From positions 38,300,263 to 38,364,262 of the forward strand of contig NC_068990.1 of assembly GCF_001194135.2 (NCBI RefSeq): a stretch of 64,000 nucleotides of DNA, read 5' to 3'. The stretch's first letter is position 1; every line of letters begins with the position of its first letter. This document shows positions 39,931 through 53,225 of this stretch, piece by piece. The notes under the pieces are model-generated. The model was not told the origin of the DNA, made no database searches, and saw nothing but the letters and a program-made list of their open reading frames with translations. The position numbers were made by a program, and so were the translations under genes. The DNA comes from Octopus bimaculoides. Lineage: Eukaryota.

Positions 39931-41982
39931 CCCCAGTCGCACAGTATTATTATCCTCAAGAGAAATGAGTTGCGACGTCACAGGTGCAAAGCTGTACCGG
40001 CCTTTCCCTTGGATAACACTGGTGGCGTGGAGAAGGACTCCATATATGTGCAAAACGGATCAACGAGAAACAGCAGATTAGAGAAGGTATTGTAAATCAC
40101 CTCAATTTCTTTAGGAAAGTAGAGCTGAAGATTACTGTTGAATACCTTAATGTTAACCTAGGTAACAGCCTCAAGTACTATATAGGTCACTTCACAATAT
40201 CAATAAATATTCTAACTACGCTAAAGTAATGACAGAACCTTGTTAAAAATATCTCTCTCAGGATTTCTTGAATTACTGCAAATAAGAATGCCTTCAGTGA
40301 TGTAGAAATCTACTATAATCAATACTATAAACAATAGTAGGTTTACTAAGAATGTTTCGTATATCAAGAGGAATAAGAACTTAAAAAAAGAAACGGTCGT
40401 AGACATTGAATGTAAAATGATATAATCTATATTGTAAATTTCTAGTCGCCATGTTAGTTGCAGCAAATGATCTTCTCTCTACTTAAGAGACCTGTCCGAT
40501 TTGATCTCGGTGGTGTTTCACCAAAATACTGGCCGTCGAACTATACTATTCCACCACCTTTAACGTAGCTCAGAACATATCCCCTACCAAATTAGTCTTT
40601 ATATGTAGATATAGTAAAGTTAGGCATGCTAATGATAGAAACAGAGCATGTAGATCCATACGTAAGATTGTGACTAAGCTATAAAACTAGATGCCGGGAT
40701 ACAAATGTGGGGAGCGAATAAAATGTGGTCACAAACTTCTCAAATGGAGCATATAAAAACTTGACCTGACACGGCCAATATATTTATTCCTTTTTACGCT
40801 CTCAATGTATATTTGGATATAAAAAGTAAAATTGCAATTATAACATTATATGCATGCATTTATGAACACACAAACATGAGAACATCTATGATCTTTTGTT
40901 TTTGTTTAAGTGAATAATATAAAATGGAATTCGGAGTTAGGGCTTCTTCAGTTTAAACATTTTTTTTTATCCTAATTGTTAAAATATCCTTGCACTTAAT
41001 ATCGCATCATAGTAATGTGTGATGAACAAGAAAGATTGCCTTGATAAGAATAAATTTAGTTTGTTTCCATTTTATAAACAATATTTTGGTAAAGCCGATG
41101 ATCAGGATAACATTCTATTAAATATGAGTATATTTTTATACTCAAATAATAATTATAATGTCTACAACATGGGAGTCCATTGAGAAGTATAGATGACACG
41201 ATTGTTTTAAGAGGATTTCCCAACGAACACTGCCGAAACGCTTACATAATTTTGGGTTCAAATATTTAAAAAAAATTAACAGAAATAAATTAATTCTTTG
41301 AGCTTGAACAACACATTGATCTTTATTGGGGAGAAGGGTAAAAGAATTCTCAGTGGAATAGATATAAAAGATCTTATCAAAAACATATCCCGTTTTGATA
41401 GAAATTACGTGAAATATTTTTGTTATAAACGTTTTATAATTTATTGCATATTTGTATTATATTATGTGGTTTGAAAAATTCCCCTTTATTTTGGGGCTGA
41501 TGACATGTATAATGATGTATGTATATATATATATATNNNNNNNNNNNNNNNNNNNNNNNNNNNNNNNNNNNNNNNNNNNNNNNNNNNNNNNNNNNNNNNN
41601 NNNNNNNNNNNNNNNNNNNNNNNNNNNNNNNNNNNNNNNNNNNNNNNNNNNNNNNNNNNNNNNNNNNNNNNNNNNNNNNNNNNNNNNNNNNNNNNNNNNN
41701 NNNNNNNNNNNNNNNNNNNNNNNNNNNNNNNNNNNNNNNNNNNNNNNNNNNNNNNNNNNNNNNNNNNNNNNNNNNNNNNNNNNNNNNNNNNNNNNNNNNN
41801 NNNNNNNNNNNNNNNNNNNNNNNNNNNNNNNNNNNNNNNNNNNNNNNNNNNNNNNNNNNNNNNNNNNNNNNNNNNNNNNNNNNNNNNNNNNNNNNNNNNN
41901 NNNNNNNNNNNNNNNNNNNNNNNNNNNNNNNNNNNNNNNNNNNNNNNNNNNNNNNNNNNNNNNNNNNNNNNNNNNNNNNAGA

Positions 41983-42033
<51 letters not shown>

Positions 42034-42989
42034 GTAAATACGTGTGTGTATGAGCATGTGCGTATTGATGAATGCCTCATGTTTAGGTAAAATAAGAGGA
42101 AATATCAAAAATGAATTGGTGTCTTTCGAGTAAAAATTTCATTTTTACTGTATAACAAAAATGAATATGCGAAAGAGTTTCTTCTATTTCGTTTTAGTTA
42201 TGAAAATTAGAAAAATATCCTGGAGATTTGTTGGTTCATTTAACCTTAGCACTTAAAATTCTCAGCATGGTAGCATGCGATTATCAAGTAATATAGCCTT
42301 TATAATAATTTTCTGCTTTTATCTTTCTATTTCATTAGCCAGCACAAAACAAAACTGAAACGAAAATGGATTCACAAAAGCTACAGAACTGGGTGACATT
42401 CTATTGAATATAAATACATTCCTAGGTCGAATAATTATTTTAATGACTATGAAATGCAAGTCCACTGGGAAATATAGATTACTACATTAAACTCGTTTTA
42501 TAAAGGGGTTTCCCAACAAAATTTTGCATGACGGTTACATAATAACAACTACAATGGATGTAAAACAATAATAGAAGAAATAAATGAATTCATTGAGTTT
42601 TAGCACTACATTGATCTTTATGTGTTAGGAATTTCTGCCGAATTTCCTGCACTAACACAAATAAATAAAAGAATAATAATCACTTTGCGTAATGTATCAT
42701 GAACCTCACATGCAACGACGTCAAAGTAAAAATAGTGCTCCAAATATGTAAATATTGGGTTATATACTATGGATTTAAACATTGCACCCGTACTGTCTTA
42801 TATCGCGAATGCACACGCACGCACACACATACACACACATGCACCCATACACATGTATGTATGTATATTTTCATAATGCATTCTCCCGGCAGAGACGACA
42901 TTTGAGTGTTCAGCTTTTGCTAAATGACCTGTACAAATGACTTGTTCATAGCGATGAAACGTATGCGTTATACATTAGCTACTTCGCTT

Positions 42990-43170
42990 CATCAAGTTGA
43001 CGTTGCCTGTACACGTGCACAAGTGTACTACACGTCAGATGACAAAATAATTTCAGAGCAACGTGAAATGAATTGTTTTGCTCAAGAACACAACGTGGCC
43101 CCCGGTCAGGGAATCGAACTTCCTATTTAGTATTCGTTTGTGCAACAACCTAACCATTAGTCTATGTGCT
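42990..43170 (-). mobile_element. Decayed SINE (31169 head/core family)
   Basis: gagcaacgtgaaatgaattgttttgctcaagaacacaacg...ccggtcagggaatcgaac...ctaaccattag. Confidence 0.7.
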
Positions 43171-43272
43171 TTTACACACACATGCACACGCGCTCATACA
43201 CACAGAGACACACTCACACACACAGGCACACACATACACACACACCCTCATGCACACTCACACGCATATATT

Positions 43273-43670
43273 ATTTTCTACTCTAGGCACAAGGCCCGAA
43301 ATTTTAGGGAAGGAGGCCAGTTGATTGTACTATATTTATCGACCTCGAAAGAATGAAAGGCAAAGTTGACTTCGGCGGAATTTGAACTCAGAACGTATAG
43401 ACAGACGAACTATCGCTAACCATTTCGCCCGGCATGATAACGTTTCTTATTTCTTTATTGCCCACAAGGGGCTAAACATAGAGGTGACAAACAAGGACAG
43501 ACAAAGGGATGAAGTCAATTACATCGACCGCAGTGCGTAACTGGTACTTAATTTATCGACACCGAAAGGATGAAATGTAAAGTCGGCCTCACTGGAATTT
43601 GAACTCAGAACGTAAAATATCGCTAAGCATTTCGCCCGGTGTGCTAACGTTTCTGCCAGGTCACCGCCTT
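43273..43670 (-). mobile_element. Second copy of the dimeric SINE
   Basis: Same two-monomer order and same junction (aacgttt|cttatttctttattgcccacaaggggctaaacatagag, ~43445) as 14338-14750. Confidence 0.88.
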
Positions 43671-44094
43671 TCACACACACATATATATTGTTCGATTGTG
43701 CTTGTACTTCCACACATAATTAAATATGTTAAGGTAAATTTCTTTTAGGTCTTCGTATATTTTTAATGTTTGGAAGATATATTTTGATGTTTGTTTACGT
43801 CAAGTGACGTTTTCGCTTGCAGCACTTCTTTTAAATCATATCGCACTTGAGATTGATAAGTATTCCTGAACTAGACTCCCATTCAGTATGTGACAACAGG
43901 GACAAACAAGAAGTCAACGATAACGTTAACTGCAATCATTTTAGAAGGAACCGGTGTTTGAATTTCAATAAATTTTCAATGGATCCTAAATGCGACGCCG
44001 GTATAACTGAGATTGCTATGACTTGTAAGTGTCATGACACATTTTCTTTTCTGCCAAACGCTATCTTTCTTCTCGTTATTCCATTTTGCATTTC

Positions 44095-44562
44095 TCTCCC
44101 CCCCTCTCTCTCTCACACACACACACTCCGTCTCTCTCTCTCTCTTTCTCTCTCATACACACTCCTTCTCTCTCTCACACACACACCTCCCTCTCTCTCA
44201 CACACACCCTCTCTCTCTATTTCTCTGTATATCTATTTCTCATTCTTCATGTATTTCTCTCTATCTATTTCTCACTCTCTTTCTCTCTTTATATCTATTT
44301 CTCACTCTCTATCTATTTCTCACTCTCTTTCTCTATCTATATATTTCCCACTCTCTCTCTATCTATTTCTCACTCGCTCTCTATCTATCTATTTCCCACT
44401 CTCTCCCTCTATCTATCTATATCTCATCTCTCTCTCTCTATCTATTTCCCACTCTCTCTCTATCTATTTCTCACTCTCTCTCTCCCTATCTATTTTTCAC
44501 TCTCTTTCTCTATCTATATGTTTCTCACTTTCTCTCTATCTATTTCTCACTCCCTCTCTCTC
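44095..44562. repeat. Pyrimidine-rich minisatellite (~20-24-bp unit ctctctctatctatttctca)
   Basis: About 15 degenerate tandem units read directly; explains ORFs 43847..44757. Confidence 0.85.
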
Positions 44563-45158
44563 CCGATTGTTGCGTTCATTTCCTTCACCTTTCTGTCCTC
44601 TCACCGCATGAATTCTGTGAATCATTCGGCTATAACTGCACACTCAATGAAGCTTGACAAGCATTGTCTAATCGCATGTCTGCATTTCAATTTAATAATA
44701 ATAATGATACTAAAAATATCTATAATAATAACAATAAGCATAATGAGGTATTGTTAGGAGTTTAATATATTTTTATTTTCATAAAATGTTTAATACATAT
44801 TTTTGCCTGTTTATCATGCAGCGCTTGTTATCTGTCACTTCTGCTTATTGCTTTTGCTCTATTTTTTTATTGAAATTTTGTTTTAATGTTTTAGGCCATT
44901 AAATTGCGTTATAAAACAGAAGAGAGAGAAGAGTGTAGCTGTGAAGGCACGATATTTAGGGAGAGAGCAGATGTTAAATTATAAATTTTATGAAATTTAG
45001 TTTCGTTAAGTTCAAGTTCTTGAAGGTTTGACATTTACTACTTGTATCACTTGGTCTTAAATATAGTATACACCGTATTAAAACAAATTAATTGTATAAG
45101 ATACATTCATTCGTTTGAAATAGACCATTGTGTTTAGTTAAATTATATCGTTATTTCT

Positions 45159-45258
45159 AAGTCGGCGAGCTGGCTGAAACGTTATCACGCCGGGCGACAT
45201 ATTTAGCGGTATTTCGTCTGTATTTATGCTTTGAGTTCAAATTCTGCCGAGGTCGACT
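45159..45258 (+). mobile_element. 5' part (head) of the ggcggcgagctgg SINE, truncated at a TA run
   Basis: cggcgagctggctgaaacgttatcacgccgggcg...gagttcaaattctgccgaggtcgact. Confidence 0.8.
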
Positions 45259-45268
45259 ATATATATAT

Positions 45269-45406
45269 ACATAATCAAGGGATCAGCAAGCATTTGCTTC
45301 ACCATATACCGAAGTTCAGAAATAGCAGCTAAAAAAGCTTTTTTAGCTGCTATTTCTGAACTTCGGTATATGGTGAAGCAAATGCTTGCTGATCCCTTAA
45401 TTATGT
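45269..45406. repeat. Spacer-less palindrome: 61-bp perfect arms, 69 bp with one mismatch
   Basis: 45277-45337 is the exact reverse complement of 45338-45398; centre aaaaaag|ctttttt. Confidence 0.95.
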
Positions 45407-45941
45407 TTATAAATGTATGGGAACTTTTAAATAAGTTCTCCACCGATNNNNNNNNNNNNNNNNNNNNNNNNNNNNNNNNNNNNNNNNNNNNNNNNNNNNN
45501 NNNNNNNNNNNNNNNNNNNNNNNNNNNNNNNNNNNNNNNNNNNNNNNNNNNNNNNNNNNNNNNNNNNNNNNNNNNNNNNNNNNNNNNNNNNNNNNNNNNN
45601 NNNNNNNNNNNNNNNNNNNNNNNNNNNNNNNNNNNNNNNNNNNNNNNNNNNNNNNNNNNNNNNNNNNNNNNNNNNNNNNNNNNNNNNNNNNNNNNNNNNN
45701 NNNNNNNNNNNNNNNNNNNNNNNNNNNNNNNNNNNNNNNNNNNNNNNNNNNNNNNNNNNNNNNNNNNNNNNNNNNNNNNNNNNNNNNNNNNNNNNNNNNN
45801 NNNNNNNNNNNNNNNNNNNNNNNNNNNNNNNNNNNNNNNNNNNNNNNNNNNNNNNNNNNNNNNNNNNNNNNNNNNNNNNNNNNNNNNNNNNNNNNNNNNN
45901 NNNNNNNNNNNNNNNNNNNNNNNNNNNNNNNNNNNNNNNNN

Positions 45942-46026
45942 GCAAGTGTCTTCTCCTATAGCCTCTGGCCGACCAAAGCCTTGTAAGTGGATTTAGTAGA
46001 CGGAAACTGAAAGAAGTCCGTCGTAG

Positions 46027-46069
<43 letters not shown>

Positions 46070-46268
46070 TATGCTTGTCCTCATCATCGTTTAACAACCG
46101 ATATTGGTGTGTTTACGTCCCCGTAACTTAGAGGCTCGTCAAAACAGACCGATGGAATAAGTACTAGGCTTACAAAGACTAAACTTTGGGGTTGATTTGC
46201 TCCACTAAAGGCGGTGCGATAGCATGGCCGCAGTGAAATGACTGAAACAAATAAAACAATAAAAGAAT
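45942..46268 (+). mobile_element. CORE-like SINE (5' end in gap) with internal (TG)n and LINE-like tail
   Basis: gcaagtgtcttctcctatagcc...gacggaaactgaaagaag...(tg)n...ggtgtgtttacgtccccgtaac...ggcggtgcgatagcatggccgcagtgaaatgactgaaacaa. Confidence 0.85.
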
Positions 46269-46504
46269 ATATATCGTGAAGTATATTTGCCACCTAAAGG
46301 GGTCATGCTACTGTAGCTTGTAGCCCCAGGAAGACATCTCCACTAGCTGGCTATAGACACACGTTCTGTGTCCTATCAGTATTTGCAAAGGGAAGTCATC
46401 TTTCCCATCTCCATATATATATAAACGCACACACACACATACACATATATATATAAACATACACACACAAACATACATACATACATACATACATACATAC
46501 ATAA

Positions 46505-46745
46505 CTGTGCGTGCGTGTGTCTGTGTATTTCTTGTGTCTGATTTCGTTCTCCCCCCGCTTGAAATCCCACAGCTGGTGTTGGATTGTTTACCTCCTTTTC
46601 ATTTAGTGATTCGGGCAAAAGTGATTATAATATAGGCACCAGACTTAAAAATTAAGTATAAGGTCTGACGAACGCTTCGACGAACGCTTTCAATACAGTG
46701 TATCAGCATGGACACAGTTCAAATACCGAGATAAATAAAAGCCTA
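46505..46745 (+). mobile_element. Older decayed copy of the CORE-like SINE 3' domain
   Basis: ctggtgttggattgtttacctcc...ttagtgattcgggcaaaag...cagcatggacacagttc aligns loosely to 46085-46250. Confidence 0.5.
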
Positions 46746-47419
46746 AATAACAAATATTTCTGCTAGAGAAATTTTATATTTCTCTTACAGGATATGGTCG
46801 GGACAGACCTAAAATATGAACATAGCAGGTCGTCAAAATATTGTGATAAAATTTGTATCTGAGCGAAAGAAGTAGTCGGGGAAATATTATATGATGGTTG
46901 CGGGGCATCCACCAGGGCCATCGTAAGCCATTGAAAATGGCAAATGAGTAAAATAATATAGATTCAATAGACAAATGAGCTATGTTGTGCGGGAAGGAGC
47001 ACATTGAACTGTATTAACAATATGATATATTATATCCTTATATCAGATCTGGAATGATATTATTAAAAAAAAAAATGCAATATTTGGCAGCATTTGAACT
47101 TGAAGCTAAGAAGATGCAAACTAAATAAGCTGTAATACGTTTAGTCTGACAGTCTGCTGTCTCAGCACATTCAACTACTCAAAACCATTATATCCATTCT
47201 TCTATTTCTTTACTTTCAGTAATGTTCTGGAAGACAGTTTAAGCTAGGAATATTACCATTTTGATTGTCAGCCTAATATCAAAATCTCACATTTTGCTTT
47301 CAAATATTTTCACTTCGCTCTTAATCAATTGTATACAATACTGAAATATATACAATTTGAATCAGGAACCCATTAGTGTAAACTATAATTTTGTAATGTA
47401 ATATACGGATGAAACTAAA

Positions 47420-47470
<51 letters not shown>

Positions 47471-47555
47471 TGTTTCATACGTCTACATGTCTAAATAACT
47501 GTCTTTCTTCCCGACATCACTTTGTGAGCATGTGTTTGTGTATGTGTATATGCGC

Positions 47556-47650
<95 letters not shown>

Positions 47651-47705
47651 TATATGTATGTATGTATATAATATATATATATATATATATATGTACATAC
47701 ATACA
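47420..47705. repeat. (ATCT)n and (TA)n(TG)n microsatellites
   Basis: Read directly. Confidence 0.9.
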
Positions 47706-48599
47706 TACATTGCAAACTGAAAGCTAGCTACAAGCTGTATTCTCAAGCATTTGAGTGTGCACTACATTGGAAATGGTGCTTTACTAATATATAAACTCAA
47801 AACGGTATATATGAACTCTCTCTTTCTCTCTCTCTCCCTTTCCACTTTCTCACTCTCTCTCTCTATTTCTCTCTCTCTTATATGTGCTGATATGTACACG
47901 GGATCTTATTTTTCTTATGTGACTTGAGAATATGCTTCTATCTGCACATAGCAACAAGAAAATGTTCCACACTTTGTAGAAGTGGTCTATGTGCGGTAGA
48001 GATATCGTATAATGTTTTATGAATTATATCGTTATAATAGATAAATTGTATCTGATCTGAATTTAGAACGATGAAAAAACTGTCGACAACATTTGATTTT
48101 GCTAATACGAGGAGCAGAAGCCAACGCCATGCCGTAACTCCTGTTAAATCTCAATGATTATTAGATATGATTATGTTAAAAATGGTGCAAAATATTGTGT
48201 GTGACAACTGCGTGTCTATTTTATGTAAGATATAAAGTCTATCACGTTTTAATTTTTCGCTAACAAAGGTACACGTCACAATTCATACGTGTTTAGGTGT
48301 CATAGGTAGAGATCAGAAAATGAGTCTCTCATACATTAGATTCTTGGTATAATATACTTTATAACTGCTTTCAGTTTTCGCTTCTGAGTATTTTCCTCTG
48401 TATGTGTATGTGCGCACGTGTGTGCGTGTGTACATACTGTGTGCGCCTAAAATACATACACACATTGAATGAGTATAAAGTCAGTGTTTATATAAATATA
48501 TTTAATCTTCAAAATTTAATTGGATCCGCACAGAATTTACATTTTCACGAACATTTGTTTTCGGACTGATGACCGATCTGGTCCAGACATTATTAATAA

Positions 48600-49103
48600 A
48601 GTGAAGCAACGGAATCGTCCGATACCTGTGCGAATTATTCAAGAGCTGTTACCATTCCGTCGGCATTCATTTGCTTTGTTCTATAAAATTTAAGGTCTAG
48701 CTCCTGATTTTGGAATTGAAAACGATACTAATCGTCGAATTGGATGACGCTGCATTATACCAAAGATACCGTCTTCTCAATCCGAATAAGGAGTACTTTA
48801 ATATCTTGAGTTTCAAGGGCCCAGAACTATTCAATGTTCTACCAAGCAGGCTCAGAGATTTGTGGAGTGTAGATACGGACTTCTTCAAAGTACGACAGGA
48901 AAATTTTTTATCTGGGATACCAGATGAATCGACACTGCAGCTGTCGGCCCACAAAGAAGAGGAACTTCAACCAACTCGTTTCTTTACTAGAAACAATACT
49001 GTGAGGAAACCCAGTCATAGCATCGCTTAATACTCTGACTGAGACATACTTGTATACACAGCATGGCCTAATCCTCTGGCTGAAACAACGATTAAAACAT
49101 TGA

Positions 49104-49108
<5 letters not shown>
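48600..49108 (+). mobile_element. LINE (non-LTR, probably CR1/L2-like) ORF2 C-terminus plus 3' UTR, decayed
   Basis: Frameshifted reading: FYKI*GLAPDFGIENDTNRRIG*RCIIPKIPS / LSFKGPELFNVLPSRLRDLWSVDTDFFKVRQENFLSGIPDE, resembling the post-RT C-terminal motif (KILEGL.PN...GP.LFN.LP..LR...FK..LD.FL..IPD). Ends in cagcatggcc...ctgaaacaa plus an A-rich tail. Confidence 0.75.
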
Positions 49109-49145
<37 letters not shown>

Positions 49146-49496
49146 NNNNNNNNNNNNNNNNNNNNNNNNNNNNNNNNNNNNNNNNNNNNNNNNNNNNNNN
49201 NNNNNNNNNNNNNNNNNNNNNNNNNNNNNNNNNNNNNNNNNNNNNNNNNNNNNNNNNNNNNNNNNNNNNNNNNNNNNNNNNNNNNNNNNNNNNNNNNNNN
49301 NNNNNNNNNNNNNNNNNNNNNNNNNNNNNNNNNNNNNNNNNNNNNNNNNNNNNNNNNNNNNNNNNNNNNNNNNNNNNNNNNNNNNNNNNNNNNNNNNAAT
49401 TTTTTCTGTGTACTATATAATCAGAGAGAGAGAGAGAGTACATAACACAGTAGTCGCAAGAGGAGATGGGAAAATTAAATTTTATATGAGAATATA

Positions 49497-49519
49497 AATG
49501 ATGATGGTGGTGGTGGTGA

Positions 49520-49563
<44 letters not shown>

Positions 49564-49573
49564 GCGTTCGTAA

Positions 49574-49600
<27 letters not shown>
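49497..49600. repeat. (GAT)n array; opposite-polarity (CGT/CAT)n at 49790-49845
   Basis: Read directly. Confidence 0.85.
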
Positions 49601-49604
<4 letters not shown>

Positions 49605-50927
49605 ATTTCATGAAGATACCATTTTTAATGCATACTTTATTGTACATCGCACCACAAATTATAAACAAAACATTTCCTACAAAATAGCCTCACTTCCACA
49701 AACACCTCCATGAAAAACTCCCACCACCACACCACACCTAACGCTACCACCAGCAGCAGAGCCTCCAATACACTCATTATAATCAATCATCACCGTCGTC
49801 GTCGTCATCGTCGTCGTCATCATCATCATCGTAGTCGTAGTCATCACAAATCCAACAACTAAGTTCTTTTAATAAAATATTATCAAATATACTAATAAAA
49901 ACAATATTCGCAGATTATTAATAACAATGTTAAATACAATAATATTTATAATAATGATAATTAAGTGGTTTTTATGATGCAGTTCTGTTCTAACATACTT
50001 GTATACATGGGCTTCATACACGCACATCGCATTCATACATAACTATAATACCTATACGTGTGTGTGTGTGTATGTATGTATGTATGTATGTATGTATACA
50101 AACAGAGATATATTTGAATATCTGTAATATATATGTCTGTGCGTGTGTGTTTACATATATATATATATATATANNNNNNNNNNNNNNNNNNNNNNNNNNN
50201 NNNNNNNNNNNNNNNNNNNNNNNNNNNNNNNNNNNNNNNNNNNNNNNNNNNNNNNNNNNNNNNNNNNNNNNNNNNNNNNNNNNNNNNNNNNNNNNNNNNN
50301 NNNNNNNNNNNNNNNNNNNNNNNNNNNNNNNNNNNNNNNNNNNNNNNNNNNNNNNNNNNNNNNNNNNNNNNNNNNNNNNNNNNNNNNNNNNNNNNNNNNN
50401 NNNNNNNNNNNNNNNNNNNNNNNNNNNNNNNNNNNNNNNNNNNNNNNNNNNNNNNNNNNNNNNNNNNNNNNNNNNNNNNNNNNNNNNNNNNNNNNNNNNN
50501 NNNNNNNNNNNNNNNNNNNNNNNNNNNNNNNNNNNNNNNNNNNNNNNNNNNNNNNNNNNNNNNNNNNNNNNNNNNNNNNNNNNNNNNNNNNNNNNNNNNN
50601 NNNNNNNNNNNNNNNNNNNNNNNNNNNNNNNNNNNNNNNNNNNNNNNNNNNNNNNNNNNNNNNNNNNNNNNNNNNNNNNNNNNNNNNNNNNNNNNNNNNN
50701 NNNNNNNNNNNNNNNNNNNNNNNNNNNNNNNNNNNNNNNNNNNNNNNNNNNNNNNNNNNNNNNNNNNNNNNNNNNNNNNNNNNNNNNNNNNNNNNNNNNN
50801 NNNNNNNNNNNNNNNNNNNNNNNNNNNNNNNNNNNNNNNNNNNNNNNNNNNNNNNNNNNNNNNNNNNNNNNNNNNNNNNNNNNNNNNNNNNNNNNNNNNN
50901 NNNNNNNNNNNNNNNNNNNNNNNNNNN

Positions 50928-51308
50928 GGAGGCGCAATGGCCCAGTGGTTAGGGCAGCGGACTCGCGGTCATAGGATCGCGGTTTCGATTCCCAGACCGG
51001 GCGTTGTGAGTGTTTATTGAGCGAAAAAACCTAAAGCTCCACGAGGCTCCGGCAGGCGGTGGTGGCGAACCCTGCTGTACTCTTTCACCACAACTTTCTC
51101 TCACTCTTCCTGTTTCTGTTGTGCCTGTAATTCAAAGGGTCAGCCTTGTCACACTTTGTCACGCTGAATATCCCCGAGAACTACGTTAAAGGTACACGTG
51201 TTTGTGGAGTGCTCAGCCACTTGCACGTTAACTTCACGAGCAGGCTGTTTTGTTAATCAGGTCAACTGGAACCCTCGACGTCGTAAGTGACGGAGTGCCA
51301 ACAACAGC
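50928..51308 (+). mobile_element. tRNA-headed SINE (OR1-like head) with alternative 3' domain
   Basis: ggaggcgcaatggcccagtggttagggcagcggactcgcggtcataggatcgcggtttcgattcccagaccgggcg (A/B boxes); 3' domain gtaattcaaagggtcagccttgtcacac...gacggagtgcca plus (aca) tail. Confidence 0.85.
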
Positions 51309-51339
51309 TTGAACACGTGTTGGTTATGTTTCTCATAGT

Positions 51340-52003
51340 ACTGCTAGTTGTGTTGTGGTGATGGTTGGTAGTGGTGCTTATATTAATGGTGGCTCTAGAG
51401 TTGTTTTTCAACATAGTAGTGCTTGATGCATTGATACTGATGCTGTCCTATGTGCTCTTCACGGTAATAATGATGGCAATAGTGATAATGGTTGTGATGT
51501 CGACTGTGGTGAATGTGATGTCTATGATATTTTGCTAACGGTGAAGTGAGAGGTAATGGAATGGCCAAGTGAAGGATCTGTTGTTCATATATTGGTGTTG
51601 TGATAGTCATAGTGATGAACATTTTAGTACGGGCTTGAAAAAGTTGATTGGGATGGTGGTGGTAGCGGTAGTAGTGACGAGGATGAAGTTGCTGGTAATG
51701 GCGGAGATGGTAATGAAGGTTGTAAAGATGAAGGTGATCATGATGAAGTGATGATGCTGGCGTCGATGATGAAGGAGTTGGTAATGTTTAAAGTGGTGAT
51801 GTTGAAGCTCGATAGGAGTAAGATCAGGAGCGATCAGGTGATGATGATGACGCAGTCATAAAGAGATTCGTGGAAATGGTGATTATGTGGTCGTGGTGAA
51901 ATTGTTGGTGAAGGTGGCAGGGATGAAGAAGCTGTTGACAGAAGTGGAGGTGGTGGAGATAGTGGTAATGAAGGTGGAGGTAATTATGGTGGTAGTGATG
52001 CAT
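51340..52003. repeat. Degenerate (GGT/GAT)n low-complexity region
   Basis: Read directly. Confidence 0.75.
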
Positions 52004-52019
52004 TTCCACCTTTGCTGAA

Positions 52020-53130
52020 TCGACTAAAAGTCCTCATTTTCGAATCTACTTTTACTTAGTCTGTACCATCAAATCATTGTCTCCTAAGACTTTCCTTTAT
52101 TTGACCGAACAGGTAGATGCCGAAGTGTGTCAGATCCATGTTGTATGGTGGATAGAAGATTACTAATCGATCCAATTTGCTGATTACCAGATTTGTTAGG
52201 AATGATGCGTGTGTTTGCACATTATCACTGTCAATATAGAGCGTCTTCAAATTTTTGTTTGCTGTATTTCTCTTTTATGAATTCTATTTCGAGATAGTCG
52301 TTTTCTTTCCTTTTTTTATTTCTGCCAGATAAACACACGCACTATATATTCGTCCTTCACTTGTTTATACTTATTCTTATATTTTTCTTATGTCCATTGT
52401 CTGGAAATCTTTCTTCGCACACCTGCGATCTCTTCAGAAAAAGAAAAAGACCATCCCGAAATTTAACAATATCTGTTTCAACATATGATTTCTCATCTGA
52501 AATCTTGCAAAACAAATTCATAAACGTAAAATTCCATACGCTTTTTTGTAGTATCTCGATATAATGTGCGTTGCTTACGGTATAGCTATATTCCAGACAA
52601 TCAAGCAGAATGACAATATTATAATCTCCCTGCCAATGAAAAACATCCACTATTAATTTCTGTGTTGATCGCTGATTCTTGAACGCCTGAGGAGCTGGCG
52701 AGAAAGTGTGACACCGTTGCAATGATTATGCTTTTATTTCCGGATCATACAGATACGTCTACATTTTTTATCCCTAGTCAAAAGATCAAAACAAAACGTG
52801 CTTTCAGTGGTTTCAAATACGATCAGTAGATCCCTATAAACACGTAGTTTTCTCTCTTTCAAATTAGGGGTAAGCTCTCCCTTCAACCATCTTCTGTAAT
52901 GCATTGTGATCACAGTCAATTTATGCAGCAAGCACACGAAGTCTGTCCACGGGTATCTGTCTGTCCCCGAGTATCAATTTGTCCCCTCAGTAGTAATTCG
53001 TTTCATTGATTGCACATGACTGTCTCTCAGTGGGTGATATGTCTTCAGCATTGTTTCCATTCCTTTAAACTTGTTATCCATCTGTGCACATTGCTATTTG
53101 TGAAGAATGCGATTTCTGTTAGCAGCTTGT
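52020..53130 (-). mobile_element. Near-full-length, heavily decayed mariner (DD34D) transposase with a ~250-bp interruption
   Basis: Ordered motifs: NVHRWITSLK; KLILGDRQIPV; RRWLKGELTPNLKERKLRVYRDLL (WVPRELT-like); QRSTQKLIVDVFHWQG...ILLDCLEYSYTVSNAHYIEILQK; SDNVQTH (HDNARPH-like); YPPYNMDLTHFGIYLFGQIKESLRRQ*FD (HPPYSPDLAPSD-like). Confidence 0.85.
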
Positions 53131-53225
53131 AGCAACCTGAATGTGGGAGATCTTGCATCCCACCCAAGTTAAGACCTCAATGACGTCTCGTTACTTCTGC
53201 TTAGGATTCATTATTTGTCAGTAAT

